From contig NC_042999.1 of NCBI RefSeq assembly GCF_006345805.1, positions 50,282,001 through 50,315,000 on the forward strand: a DNA stretch of 33,000 nucleotides. Direction: 5' to 3'. Source of the stretch: Octopus sinensis (taxonomy: Eukaryota). The position numbers and the translations under genes were made by a program. The notes below the pieces were generated by a model that saw only the letters and a list, made by a program, of their open reading frames with translations, searched no databases and was not told where the DNA came from. Within the stretch, counting starts at the first letter, position 1; each line of letters opens with the position of its first letter. Positions 18,892 through 31,011 of the stretch are shown here, piece by piece.

Positions 18892-19306
18892 AATATATAT
18901 ATATATATACACACACACATGCACGTGCACACATACATACATACACATATGCACATACCAACAAACACATAGATATATGTTACTCTACCTCACTATTCCT
19001 TGTATCACATATTTACCGATTTCTGTATTGAGAGAAGCATTTCAGGCTTTGTCAGAACATCTTCATTGAGGAGCCTAAATATGGTTAAAACACCATGTCT
19101 TGCAATCCACTGGCAATCTGATGGAATCTCTATGTTTCTGACATATAAGTACTTTTGAGAGGTTCCACTCAAACAAAATGTTACAGCATAGGGCTGTTCC
19201 AAAGTTCCATATGTGTATACACATGATAGATGTTATACCCAAAGGTATTTTAATCTAAGACTTTCAAATTACACAGCCACACACGTGTATATGTGTGTAT
19301 ATATAT

Positions 19307-19800
19307 CATCATCATCATCATCATCGTTTAACGTCTGATTTCCATGCTAGCATGGGTTGGACGATTTGACTGAGGATGGGCGAACAAGGTGGCTGCACCA
19401 GGCTCCAATCTGATCTGGCAGAGTTTCTACAGCTAGATGCCATTCCTAACGCCAACCACTCCAAGAGTGTAATGGGTGTTTTTACGTGCCACCGGTACGG
19501 GGGCCAGTCAGGCGGTACTGGCAACGACCATGCTCAAATTGTGTTTTTTTTACGTGCCACCTGCACAGGTGCCAGTCCAGCAGCACTGGCAACGACCTCA
19601 CTCGAATGTTTTTTTCATGTGCCAGTAAGGCGACGCTGGTAATTATCACACTGGAATGGTGCTTTTTACGTTCCACCAGCATGGAAGCCAGTTAGCTGCT
19701 CTGGCAATGAGCATGGATAGTGCTCTTAACTCTCCACTAGTATGGATCCCAGTCATCGAATTTGATTTCAATTTCACTTGCCTCAACAGGTCTTCGCAGG
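19307..19800 (-). mobile_element. Family C retroposon with internal ~55-65-bp subrepeats
   Basis: (CAT)n tail; repeated TTTTACGTGCCACC.G.AC.GG.GCCAGT units at about 19480-19705. Confidence 0.85.
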
Positions 19801-19809
19801 CAGAGTTTA

Positions 19810-19846
<37 letters not shown>

Positions 19847-19850
<4 letters not shown>

Positions 19851-20745
19851 GTCGTATCAAAACATTCCTGGACTAATTCTATAGCATGCCAACAGATACC
19901 AGCACACAGTTGTGTGTGCAGTGAGAGCTAGCAGTGTTCTTCATGAGACAGTGTGCCAAGTGACACTGCTGTGTTTACTTTTCAAATTGTGAATTAGTGT
20001 TTTTGTGATCACATGTATGCTGTAGTCATGGACAGGAAGTTGAAACAAAGAGCCAACATGAAATTTTTGATAAGCCTGAGAAGTCAGTGACAGAGGCATT
20101 GAGCATATTTCAGTAAGCTTATGGCGACAAGGCAATGGGTTGTATGCAATGTTTCAAGTGGCACAGGTGCTTCAAAAGGCATGATAGAGATGCAGCTCAA
20201 TCAAAAGCATGCTCATCAGTTTTTCTGGCATCCAAAGTATTGTGCATCGAGAATTTGTTCCCCAGGAGCAGACTGTTAATTGAGAGTTCTACTGTGGTGT
20301 TTTGAAGCATATGAGGGAGAAGATTCAGCAAAAGCAACCAGATATGTGGAGTACAAAGCAGTAGATTCTTCATGAGGATAATGCATCCTGCCACCAAGCT
20401 CATTTCACTCATGAGTTTCTCACTGAAAACAACATAGTATCACCATTTCCACACCTGTCCTATTCACCAGACTTAGCACCTGCAGACTTCGATTTCTTAC
20501 TTTAGATGAAAATGCAGCTCAAAGGTCACTGTTTTTACACCATTTTTGAGATCAAGAGAGAATTGCAGAAAGTCCTCAAACTCACTTACAGAAAATAACT
20601 TCCAGGCCAAAAATGGTAGGAATGCTGGGAGCAGTGTACTGCTGCCCAAAGTGACTATTTCAAAGGAGACGATGTTAAAACTTAGGTAAAAAAAGTTATT
20701 ATTTAACAAACATAAATAGTCTGGGAACTTTTTAATGCCACTTCG
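19847..20745 (+). mobile_element. Degenerate, internally deleted mariner DNA transposon
   Basis: Imperfect TIRs (TGAGGTCGTATCAAAACATTCCTGGACT vs reverse complement CGAAGTGGCATTAAAAAGTTCCCAGACT), TA on the left, transposase remnants inside. Confidence 0.85.
20028..20685 (+). pseudogene. Mariner transposase pseudogene (stops, frameshifts, central deletion)
   Basis: Fragments MDRKLKQRANMKF, AYGDKAM...CFKWHRCFK, IVHREFVPQEQTVN, LHEDNASCH and YSPDLAPADF match established mariner motifs (HDNA, YSPDLAP-D). Confidence 0.9.
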
Positions 20746-20774
20746 CTTACGTATAATTCTGTACAAGCATATAA

Positions 20775-20867
20775 ATGTGTGTGTTTGTGTGTGTGTGTAT
20801 GTGTGTGTGCATGTGTGTGTATGCGTGTGTGTATGTGTGTGAGTATTTGTGTGTGTGTGTGTGTGTA

Positions 20868-20900
<33 letters not shown>
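20775..20900. repeat. (TG)n microsatellite, interrupted
   Basis: Direct read. Confidence 0.95.
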
Positions 20901-21109
20901 GATTGTATCTGCTTATGGCTTCAGGGATATATAACACCATTAGTGAATGTATGTTATATGCTGGTACCAAGTCTAACTCCATTGTAAGCAATGGTTGTAT
21001 ATATACATGGGTGAGTGCGTGCATGCGTATATATGTGCATGCATATAATGATGGCGATAATGATACTAACGTGACATGTGTCTTAAGTACATTTTTACAT
21101 CCAGCCTTC

Positions 21110-21167
<58 letters not shown>

Positions 21168-21885
21168 TGTCTTGTAAATTTGAGAATGAAGAATAAAAAC
21201 TGAAATATTAAATATTGTTTGGAAGTAGAACTTCCCAGAATTATTTCCATATTGGTAGAATGTCGTACTCAGCTAAATATAGTTATTTTATCAAAAGCCA
21301 AAAAGTGATGTGTATTTTACATCAGTAGTTCTTTCTATAGGCAAAGACAAAACTAACTGCAACAACAAAAAATCAATATATTCCATCTAAGAGAGTGCTC
21401 TGCAATATTGATCTCACAGTGTGGATTGTATGAAAAGAGACAAAAAGACTATGAAATAAGAGTGCAAAAAGATGAAAGATGTTTTAATGAAAATCGTGAG
21501 TATAGATATAGAAAAAGGATTGCTGAAAGTGAATTGATGCAAAATATGGATACTTCCTTACATAGCAATCAAAGCCATCATCTGATTTCTCATCAGGCTA
21601 GAAACAACAGCTACATCTCTATACAAATCCTAACTTAATATAAACTATAAAGGCAACATTGGATAATGTTGTCCAAGGTATATTCATATGTCAGGAAATA
21701 TGACAGAAAAAGAAGGTTGGCATGTTCTTGATCATAAATCTGCTCCTTAAGGTAGTTAAGTTGCCAGAATTCTTAGTGCATTGGATAAAAATGTTCAGTG
21801 GCACTCCTTCCAACACTTTATGTTCTGAGTTCAAAGTTAATATATGGCACATACATTTTGATCACTACAAACAAATTTATTTGTA

Positions 21886-22140
21886 CAGGTCATTCGGCAA
21901 AAGCTGAACGCTCACATGTCGTCTTCGATGATAGAGTCCATCATATAAACGTCGCCCTTTTCAAGCCTAGCCAGGCTCATGGGCCCGGTTTCTGTGGCAT
22001 ATGTGTTCTCCCCAGCTGGACAAGACGCCAGACCATCGCAGCGTTACTCAAGAAACAGGAAGAGAGAATGAGAGAAAGTTATGGTGAAAGAGTACAACAG
22101 GGGCCGCCACCCCACTCCTGCCAGAGCCTTATATGGGGCT
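21886..22140 (-). mobile_element. SINE related to family E (shared central domain)
   Basis: GAGAGAAAGTTATGGTGAAAGAGTACAACAGGG...CTGCCAGAGCCTT matches about 30838-30899. Confidence 0.65.
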
Positions 22141-22713
22141 AAACAAGAACAACATTGTTTAGTTTAGTGGAATGGTGATGGAAAAAATATTGATGAAAAT
22201 CCTTTGATGCTTTCTTGAATGACTAAAAATATTTCTGCATCTTCCATATTACAAGAAATTATATCAGATTATCACCAAACTTTTACAATTTTATTTCTAA
22301 AAATTTTATTATTGAAAAAAAGTTTCAAAACTACTTTTACTATGATTTTGTATTAGAAAAGAATTCATAGTTTACTTGGTTCTTCAACCTAATGTATTCT
22401 TACTTTGGTTTTCGGTACCATAATTTTATAGGGAGACATGTAATCAATTTAATTGAAATATGGTTTGTATTACTAACAATAATTATTCTATCAATAGCCA
22501 GATGGATAAAAGGAAAATTCAAACCCAACAGAATTTGAAATAAGAACATAAATGAATGAAACCAAAGATCACAAGACATTTTGGCTGACTTTGCAATATG
22601 CTGTCCACATCAAAGCTGATGAAACTGAGCAATGAAACACATTGTTCAAATAATGGAAATGCAGTGCATGTAGAAGCAAACAGACGTATGCATAAATGAA
22701 CAGACACACACAT

Positions 22714-23185
22714 ATCATTATCATCATTTAACGTCCGTTTTCCATGCTAGCATGGGTCAGACAGTTTAACCGGGGTCTGGGAAGCCAGGAGGCTGCACCA
22801 GGTTCCAGTCTGATCTGGCAGTGTTTCTACAGCTGGATGCCCTTCCTAACGCCAACTACTCCATGAGTGCAATGGGTGCTTTCTACGTACCACAGGCACA
22901 GGTGCCAGAGGAGGCTGGCAGCAGCCATGATCGGTTGGTGCTTTTTACGTGCCACTGGCACAGAAGCCAGTCAAGGTGGCACTGGCATTGGCCACGTTCG
23001 GATAGTGCTTTTTGCGTGCCACCAGCACAGGTAACACAACTACAATTTCCATTTGATATTTATTTTTATGTTGGTGTACTTGACTCAATAGGTTTCCTCA
23101 AGCACAGCACGTCACGTGCCACTGGCACAGAAGCCAGTCAAGGCGGCGCTATCATCATTTAACATATGTTTTCCATGCTGGCATG
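22714..23185 (-). mobile_element. Family C retroposon with internal subrepeats
   Basis: CATTTAACGTCCGTTTTCCATGCTAGCATGGG...GGATGCCCTTCCTAACGCCAAC; repeated TTTTACGTGCCAC.GGCACAG units. Confidence 0.85.
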
Positions 23186-23719
23186 GTTTGGACTACCCTT
23201 ATGCAAATATACACACACTAGCAAGCTCTAACACAGTTTCTATTTACTAAATTTTGCCCACAAGTCACTGGTCAGTACAAAGCTATTGCACATGATTATT
23301 GTCCAAAACAACCAGTGAGATTCAACCCAAAACCCAAACCATACATTCACAAAGTGAACTGCTTTATCATTCAGCAAATCCTGCACATTACATTCCATCA
23401 TTCATTCATCCTTTCTTTGCTTTCATACATATGTCACACACAAAACATACATACATATTGATATGATTTATTATATTAACAAAAGAGGCATAATGAACTC
23501 AATAATTGTTGCACAGCATATTATTATTTATTTAAACTAACTTCTTTGTCTCTCAACTTGAGTTTTAGCTACTGTGATATTCTCATGAAAACAGTTTCAC
23601 TTTCCCTTTGTACTACTTATTTTATGCATACTGGATAAAAACAAAAGAGTAAAGACTCTTCCTAAGTTATATAGACTTACAGGGTTGGTGTCATGGTTTC
23701 CATAACATATATATTCCCT

Positions 23720-23722
23720 ACC

Positions 23723-23782
<60 letters not shown>

Positions 23783-23857
23783 ATATATATATATGCATGT
23801 ATATATATATATATATATATACATACATACACACACATACATACATACAGATATATG

Positions 23858-23895
<38 letters not shown>
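23720..23895. repeat. Compound (TA)n/(TACA)n/(TATG)n microsatellite
   Basis: Direct read. Confidence 0.95.
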
Positions 23896-23896
<1 letters not shown>

Positions 23897-24115
23897 GCAA
23901 AGAAAACAGTAAACTCATGTTTAAATTTGATTCCTAATAAACACTTGTTTATCTTTGTCATTACCTGTAATCTATGAGCATAATATGCTTACATATGTAT
24001 GTCCAGGGTTAACATAAGTAATTATACTGGTAGTATAATGGATGCTTTTATTCCTCAGATGGTTATTCCAACCTCTAACTCTACTAACCATATATATATA
24101 TATATATATATATAC

Positions 24116-24150
<35 letters not shown>

Positions 24151-24801
24151 TTCATTTTATTTTATTTTATTTTATCTAGTTTCAGCTCACGAGCTGTGAC
24201 CATGCTGGGGCACCACCATTCACATATATATATACATATATATATTCATGCATACATACATACATATATATACATACATACATATATAACATACATACAT
24301 ATATTTTATATGTATATATATTGCTTCAAATTTGTGTCAATGTGTATAAAATAACATATCAGTTGAATGAAGATAAACATGGTCTAGTTTTCACGTTTTT
24401 CATTATGGTATTTTAACATTACAAAAATACTTTGTAATGCTCATAAAGTTAAATCACGACTTTCATACATAGTGTAATCATCAAATTTCAAATGTGTTCA
24501 ACTGACAGCTGATTTCTTGACAACTTTAGTACCTCTTATAATGCTCCAGCAAGCTGAATTTTTAGAATTCCTTTTTGACCAATTCACAAGCATTTTAATC
24601 CTGTGGTTTAGTGCTTAGAGTGCTGGGCTCATAATCCAGTCAGTTAAACACATTTGAAATTTGGTGATTACACTATGTATGAAAGCACTAATTTAACTTT
24701 ATGAGCATTAAAAAATATATATTTTCAATGTTAAAATACCATAATAAAAAACATGAAAACCAGAGCATGTTTTAACTTTGTTCAATTGAGATATATATAT
24801 A

Positions 24802-25016
24802 CCCTTTCCAGTACCACCTGACTGGCCCTCGTGCCGGTAGCACGTAAAAGCTCCCACTACATTCTTGGAGTGGTTGGCATTAGGAACGGCATCTAACTGT
24901 AGAAATTCTGCCAGATCAGATTAGAGCCTGGTGCAGCCATCTGGTTTGCCAGTCCTCCATTAAATCGTCCAACCCTATGCTACCATGGAAATTGGATGTT
25001 AAACAATGATGACGAT
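24802..25016 (+). mobile_element. Family C retroposon
   Basis: GTTGGCATTAGGAACGGCATC...CCAACCCTATGCTACCATGGAAA-(ATG)n. Confidence 0.85.
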
Positions 25017-25029
25017 ATACTCATAGGGC

Positions 25030-25210
25030 TGGTTTGCTGGTTTCCATGGCAAATATATTCCTCACCTGGATGGGACACCAGCTGAATGGACAAAAGCAAT
25101 GTGAAATGAAGTGCTTTCCTCAAGAACACATGTCACCCGATCCAGGAACTGAAACCACAATCTTACAATCATGAGTCCAACAGCCTAACTACTAAGCCAT
25201 GTGTCTCCAC
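25030..25210 (-). mobile_element. tRNA-derived SINE family D, diverged copy
   Basis: Homologous to 1339-1518 (GCAATGTGAAATG...CAATCTTACAATCATGA). Confidence 0.65.
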
Positions 25211-25309
25211 ATGTACACTGGAGAGGGTAGTTATTATTCACATTTAACAAGTTTTAATCATACACACACACAAACACACACATACACATACACACATACA
25301 CACACACAC

Positions 25310-25455
25310 ACAGGTGAACACATAAGTGCAAAACAAGGTGGAAAAAAATAGTACTCAAATCCAAAGGTAGAGCAATGTGCTTTTATTATAGCTGCAAATT
25401 TATCAGAAAACTGTTGCCCAGAGTTTCATGCTTTTATTCATCAAAACAGTTGTGA
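25310..25455 (-). mobile_element. Second copy of the 9538-9749 family with a decayed HHR motif
   Basis: AAACAAGGTGGAAAAAA.TAGTACTC.AAT.CA.AGGTAGAGCAAT shared; minus strand AACTGT-TTTGATGA-...-GAAA-CTCTGGG-CA-ACAGTT at 25451-25409. Confidence 0.55.
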
Positions 25456-25840
25456 TGAAAACACAACTGTCTGAGAAATGTGAACGTTGGTTTATTGGAA
25501 TCTCATTTTTGTGACTAGTTCATGCATACAATTGACATGGCTTTGTAATCACGTCCAGAACTCAGCAAATGTTCTCTCAGTTTGCTGCAAAAGGCAGTCA
25601 AGTCTCCCTGAGACCATACCTGAGCTCCTTAACACATTGGTCAATACAGTCCTTGATATACAAAGACAGTACTGCGTGGGCTGATATGTCTTTAATCATA
25701 AGCCTTCTTGTTCAAGACAGACCTGAGGCAAAACAACAACAACAAAAGGTAATATCAATAATAAAAAAGAAAGAACACACAAAAACAGCATAGGATAAAG
25801 ACACAAATCCCACACTTTATTCATGAAACTTTATCATCAT

Positions 25841-26005
25841 AGGCAAAGGAGTGGCTGTGTGGTAAGTAGCTTGCTTACGAACCACATAGTTCCGGGTTCA
25901 GTCCCATTGCATGGCACCTTGGGCAAGTATCTTCTACTATAGCCTTGGGCTGACCAAAGCTTTGTGAATGGTTTGGTAGATGGAAACTGAAAGAAGCCCA
26001 TTGTA

Positions 26006-26086
<81 letters not shown>

Positions 26087-26315
26087 GTGTGTATATGTTT
26101 GTGTGTCTGTGTTTGTCTCCCCAACATTGCTTGACAACCAATGCTGGTATGTTTACATCCTCATAACTTAACAGTTCGGCAAAAGAGACCGATAGAATCA
26201 GTACTAGGCTTACAAAGAATAAGTCCTGGGGTCGATTTGCTCGACTAGAGGCAGTGCTCCAGCATGGCCACAGTCAAGTGACTGAAACAAGTAAAAGAGT
26301 AAAAGTGTAAAAGAG
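25841..26315 (+). mobile_element. SINE family A, full length
   Basis: Head GGAGTGGCTGTGTGGTAAGTAGC...GGGTTCAGTCCC, internal (TA)n, (GTAAAAGA)n tail. Confidence 0.9.
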
Positions 26316-26780
26316 ATTAGTTTCATCTGATTAAAGAAACTAACACACAGGCTCACACGTGTCTATATACACACTAACACCCACACATTCATATATATAT
26401 ACACCCAAACACATGTGCACAATACTCACATAAATATACAAATTTACACCAGTTTATTTTTCAACCTTATTTTTTTTCTTTCTTCATTTAAAATGTTTAT
26501 GATCAAGAATAATTTCTAGATTCCTGTGAGAATTCATCTTGACAGGTTTTTTTTTTACGTTTCCCCAACAACCACTTGCAATAGATTCTAGTAAAGTGCA
26601 ATCAGGATTTTTTTCTGCTTTTTTCCCCACTTTTCAATTTGCAACAGTCTCTAAGGATATAAGTATGTCTCAATATGTAGTGTGAAATTAAATAAATCAT
26701 AAATATTTTACTTCTTAAACATTCAACAAAGATTCCAGATTTCTCAGTTTTGTTGGCACCAGGTTTTCTTCACAATCAGC

Positions 26781-26782
<2 letters not shown>

Positions 26783-26870
<88 letters not shown>

Positions 26871-26880
26871 TATGTATGTA
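26783..26880. repeat. (TA)n(TG)n compound microsatellite
   Basis: Direct read. Confidence 0.95.
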
Positions 26881-26989
26881 GACTCACATACACATAAATG
26901 ACACATTTTTCATTTATTAATTAACGGAATGCAACACTCTCTAACTTCTATTAACAGTAAATTTTTTATATATCTACATGACTCTATTT

Positions 26990-27260
26990 CTTGCCTTCAC
27001 TCTTTCTCCTTTTCTCTCCCTCGCCCTCTCACTTCTATTTCTAGCCTTTCCACTTTCCCTTTTTTTCTCTCCCTCACTCTCTTACTTGTATTTCTAGCCT
27101 TTCTCCTTTCTCCAATTTCTCCCTTTATCCCTTCTTTTGTTTTCACTTTGTTGCTTTCTCTCTTTCCCTTCTCTCTTGCCCTCTTTCTTCTCTGTCTGCT
27201 GCTGACACATGACCTGTGGCCAGCTTTCTTTTCTTTCTCTGCCTTTTTTCATCCCGATTG
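26990..27260. repeat. CT-rich polypyrimidine low-complexity tract
   Basis: The plus strand is dominated by C and T. Confidence 0.8.
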
Positions 27261-27824
27261 ATTGCATAGCTAACAAGTTGTAAACTCTCTGTCTCTTACT
27301 GTCTTGCTATTTGCTGTTTTCTCATCCTTTAGGATGCCTTCTAAGCATTACCCACCACTTTTGTCTTTTTGGCCCTAAAGCTATATCCTGCAAATTTCTT
27401 CTTTCTTTCATTTTTGTCTATCGTCTTAAATTACATTTATTCACTTTTGTATGTCCACTCTGTATTGTCTTGCTTGCTCTGACCCTATATTCTCCACAAC
27501 TTTCATGGGCACCACCAGCATGGGAAGTTCTCAGTCTTATCATTAATAGTGGAAAACTGAGTATTACCAACTGGTCGATAACTGATGAAGAATTAAGGAC
27601 ATTGTGTCTATCTCCCATCCAGTTCTACACTCATTATACATTATATATTTTTACCTGTTGTTTATTTATTTACAATACATTTTTCATTTATATATATTAA
27701 TATTAATATTAGAGAAGTTATTTCACCAATATTAGGGAAATTATTCCAATAACTTCTATTTATATAATTTTAGTTTGTCATGTCTTTATATAGCATGTAA
27801 ATAGCAAAATAAGTTCATGTAATC

Positions 27825-27931
27825 TAGACCTGAAGATTGGCAATATAATCGTTTTAATATGGTATTGTATTTCAAGACCCTCTATTTCAGCATTATCAAG
27901 GAATATGTTGTCATGAAATGTGCATAGTCTA
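27825..27931 (+). ncRNA. Type-I hammerhead-like motif with long stem-II loop, decayed
   Basis: TAGAC-CTGAAGA(27830-27836)-T-TGGCAATATA...TATGTTGTCA-T-GAAA(27915-27918)-TGTGCATA/GTCTA: 5-bp stem I, 10-bp stem II with 2 G-U pairs. Confidence 0.65.
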
Positions 27932-28943
27932 TATAATGTAAAGTATATGATTTAGAATAAGAAATGAAGGTATCAATTTTGATAATTTTAATATTTAGTC
28001 CTGTATATACCTATCATGGATAATGTCGTTCAATGGTGATTGAGTTGCTTGAGGGTGATTCTGTCTCTTAAACTTATCTATCTATTTATCTATCTATCTA
28101 TATATATGTCTTTGTACAATTACACAACACATGCACATGTAAGCACGTATGTATATACACACATACATATGAAGGCATGTATATCTAGATATATGTATAC
28201 ACACACACACACACATGTGCATGCAGGTAAACATGTTTGAAGGTGATAGATCATACTATCACCACACAGAGTATTTTGCTATATTTGTAGGTTCAAGCAA
28301 CAAAAAGAAGAATGTTGCCTCACATAACATGCATAATGATGAAGTAAATCACCAGCTTCGAATGAATAAATAAACTCTATTTCATACATTGAAATACATT
28401 TTCTTCTGTTTATACATTCAAATGTATACAATTTCTTCCAAGCTTCTCCATTGAAAACCTGTCATTTTGTGGTATTCCCTAACACAGTAACTGAAATGTA
28501 CCTCGCAAACATAATGAAAAGCATTTCCTCTTTAAGTTGGAATCTTTGCTTCACAGTAAATGAATTCATGGTTAAATCACCAGCAAGTCTGTCTCCTTCC
28601 CTTCTGAAGACCCCCCTTTAGTTTCTATTCCCTTCTATTTCTTGAATTGAGAATATCCTACATCTACACTAACTTGTGAAAGGTAATTCATTTTGGCTTT
28701 GGTGAGAGTCAGCAGATGAAACATTTTGCGGGTGGAGGAGTGGGCGAGCTGCAAGATGTAAGTTAGTTTGTTGAGGTGCAGTTTTATGTATTTTTCTTTC
28801 TTTTTTATCTTTCAATTTGTGGGTAGGCGGAAGGTAGGGCCCCCAAGTTTGGTAGAAAACATGGCTTGAATGTTTGCAAAAATGGGATTCCACTTAGGGT
28901 ATCCAAGATGTCAGATGGTGGTATTAAACTGGGTTTAATACCA

Positions 28944-29174
28944 GGCGGTGAGCTGGCAGAAGCATTAGCATGCCGGGCAAAATGCTTAACGGTATTTCCT
29001 CTGCCGCTACGTTCTGAGTTCAAATTCCGCCAAGGTCGAATATGCCTTTCATCCTTTTGGGGTCGATGAAATAAGTACCAGTTATGCACTGGGGACAATA
29101 TAATCGACTTAATCCGTTTGTCTGTCTTTGTTTGTTCTCTCTGTGTTTAGCCCCTTGTGGGTAGTAAAGAAATA
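28944..29174 (+). mobile_element. SINE family B, full length, with 15-bp TSD
   Basis: GGTATTAAACTGGGT at 28920-28934 and 29175-29189. Confidence 0.9.
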
Positions 29175-30396
29175 GGTATTAAACTGGGTGATGGATTAAG
29201 ACTACCACTATCACCCATCCACCATCCAAGATTGAGACTACTATGTATGATTTCCAGGAAAGATCATCAGAGATTGTGGGGTTCAGCATTGGTAATAACT
29301 TTTAAGGTTGAATAAATTATTATAAACAGTTGATTCCTGCAGATAAATTCAATAAGCAGTAATTTTGACACTTGTGATTAGATACTTAATTGATGATATA
29401 ATTTGTATTTATTATGTGAACAATTAAATAATAAATGATTCACTTGGATTTTTGATTAATAATAATTAATCTGAGTGTAGTCTGTTTACTCATGCTTGTT
29501 GAATATATTACACAAATTAATTAAGTTTTCAAAAATTGTCACAAATTAATTATGAACTCATCAACAACAGTTATTAAGAGGTAGAGAGAGACAGAAAGAG
29601 AGAGAGTGAGAGAAGGGGGTGTTTAAATATAGAGGTTACTTTGAAATCAAAATGATGTGTGGATTTTATTTCATGCCTGATATATCTAGGTGGAGTTGCT
29701 TGAATGTTTAGATAAAACAGTCAGACATTGTCATAGATAACCTCATGACTTTATATTTGGCCTCCACAGGAGTGGCTACATTGCAGTTACTACAAATCAA
29801 TCTAATTATTTATTGAAATAAGCTATTGATTAATTGTGCTTGTTTTTTTCTTCCCACCCCACTTTATAAAGTAATAGGTAATTAATTAATTTCTGTCTTT
29901 GTAGCAGTCTGTTATTATTTATTTTCATTTGTCTGGCTGATTCATCTACATGACAAACATAAAGAAAAAATATATAAATAAATTTAAAAACCGTCAGATT
30001 TGACCAAATCACTTCCTTCCTTTGACTGGCTTTATTTAGTCTCTTTTTCTCTCACTTAATATAACTCTGTCACACACACAATGCACAGACACAAACTCTC
30101 AAATACTCAACCCCACCACACACACACACACACAAACAGAAGTCTCTGTTAATTCGCAGAATTATTGTCCAGGATATATTTTCAATTTACATCATATGAT
30201 TTTATAGCTGTATGTCCTGCACATGTTGGTCAATTCTTTTGAATTCCAACCACCAAGTTCTACACACATTTGCACAAAGCCTTTCTCATAAATTAACCCT
30301 ACAACCTGACCCTGAAAAGTCTTTAATGCAATCCTTCTATTATATGCAGTCAAGCACAGTCTCTGATTTGAAAACAGCTTTTTCCATTTCTCTCAC

Positions 30397-30452
30397 CAGA
30401 CTCAGAAGCTCCGAGAAAGATTATGGGCAAGATATTTCCACCCAGAGCTAAG
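30397..30452 (-). CDS. Candidate 56-nt internal micro-exon of an unidentified host gene
   Basis: Acceptor TTATTTTGTAG, donor CTG/GTGAGA, one open frame (LALGGNILPIIFLGASES). No homology recognised. Confidence 0.2.
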
Positions 30453-30710
30453 CTACAAAATAACGTTTTAAGAAGTTAAAGATCTCGTCATCAACATCAT
30501 ATTAACATCCATTTTTCCATGCTTTCACAGGTTAGACAAATAATTAATACAAAACTTTTAAACTATCAAATTTATTTATACATATTTACATATATTTTTT
30601 ATATATATTTATATTTATTTATATATATTTTTAATACAATAAGTATTTTCACACGGGTATATCTTTATGATGAGTTTGGATATTAATTTCCTTATATTAA
30701 TAATAATAAT

Positions 30711-31011
30711 ATCACCGCGACCGACCAGTCTATCAGATGTTGCTACACATCGCTGGTCGCAATGCGCTTCACATTGTATTAGCCTTCAAATGATGCCACC
30801 CTGCTGGCTAAGTGAGCAGGCCAACAGAAGAAAGAGTGAGAGAAAGTTGTGGCGAAAGAATACAGCAGGGATCGCCACCACCACCTGCCGGAGCCTTGTG
30901 GAGCTTTAGGTGTTTTCGCTCAATAAACACTCACAACGCCCGGTCTGGGAATTGAAACCGCGATCCTACGACTGCGAGTCCGCTGCCCTAATCACTGAGC
31001 CATTGTGCCTC
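30711..31011 (-). mobile_element. tRNA-derived SINE family E, full length
   Basis: Minus-strand head GAGGCACAATGGCTCAGTGATTAGG...GGTTTCAATTCCC; 3' end matches 3858-3975. Confidence 0.85.

Noticed and set aside
19480-19705. Regularly spaced ~55-65-bp repeats that could suggest a CRISPR-like array (also 22880-23150)
   Set aside because: Eukaryotic context; the units are internal degenerate subrepeats of family C with no unique spacers and no cas genes.
21420-21495. Purine-rich plus-strand exon candidate (CGLYEKRQKDYEIRVQKDERCFNEN) with GTGAGT donor
   Set aside because: Poor polypyrimidine tract and no recognisable homology.
21571-21600. Minus-strand CTGATGA-GAAA with plausible stems I and III
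   Set aside because: Stem II is entirely absent and position 17 is G, so it cannot be a functional HHR.
22611-22655. CTGATGA...GAAA on the plus strand
   Set aside because: No stem II pairing and no stem I complement.
27577-27608. CTGATGAAG followed by GACATTGTGTC, reminiscent of the 6962 HHR family
   Set aside because: No GAAA, no stem II and a weak stem I; too degenerate to call.
28716-28757. ATG-started mini-ORF MKHFAGGGVGELQD ending at a GTAAGT donor
   Set aside because: No acceptor or promoter evidence; a single donor match is expected by chance.
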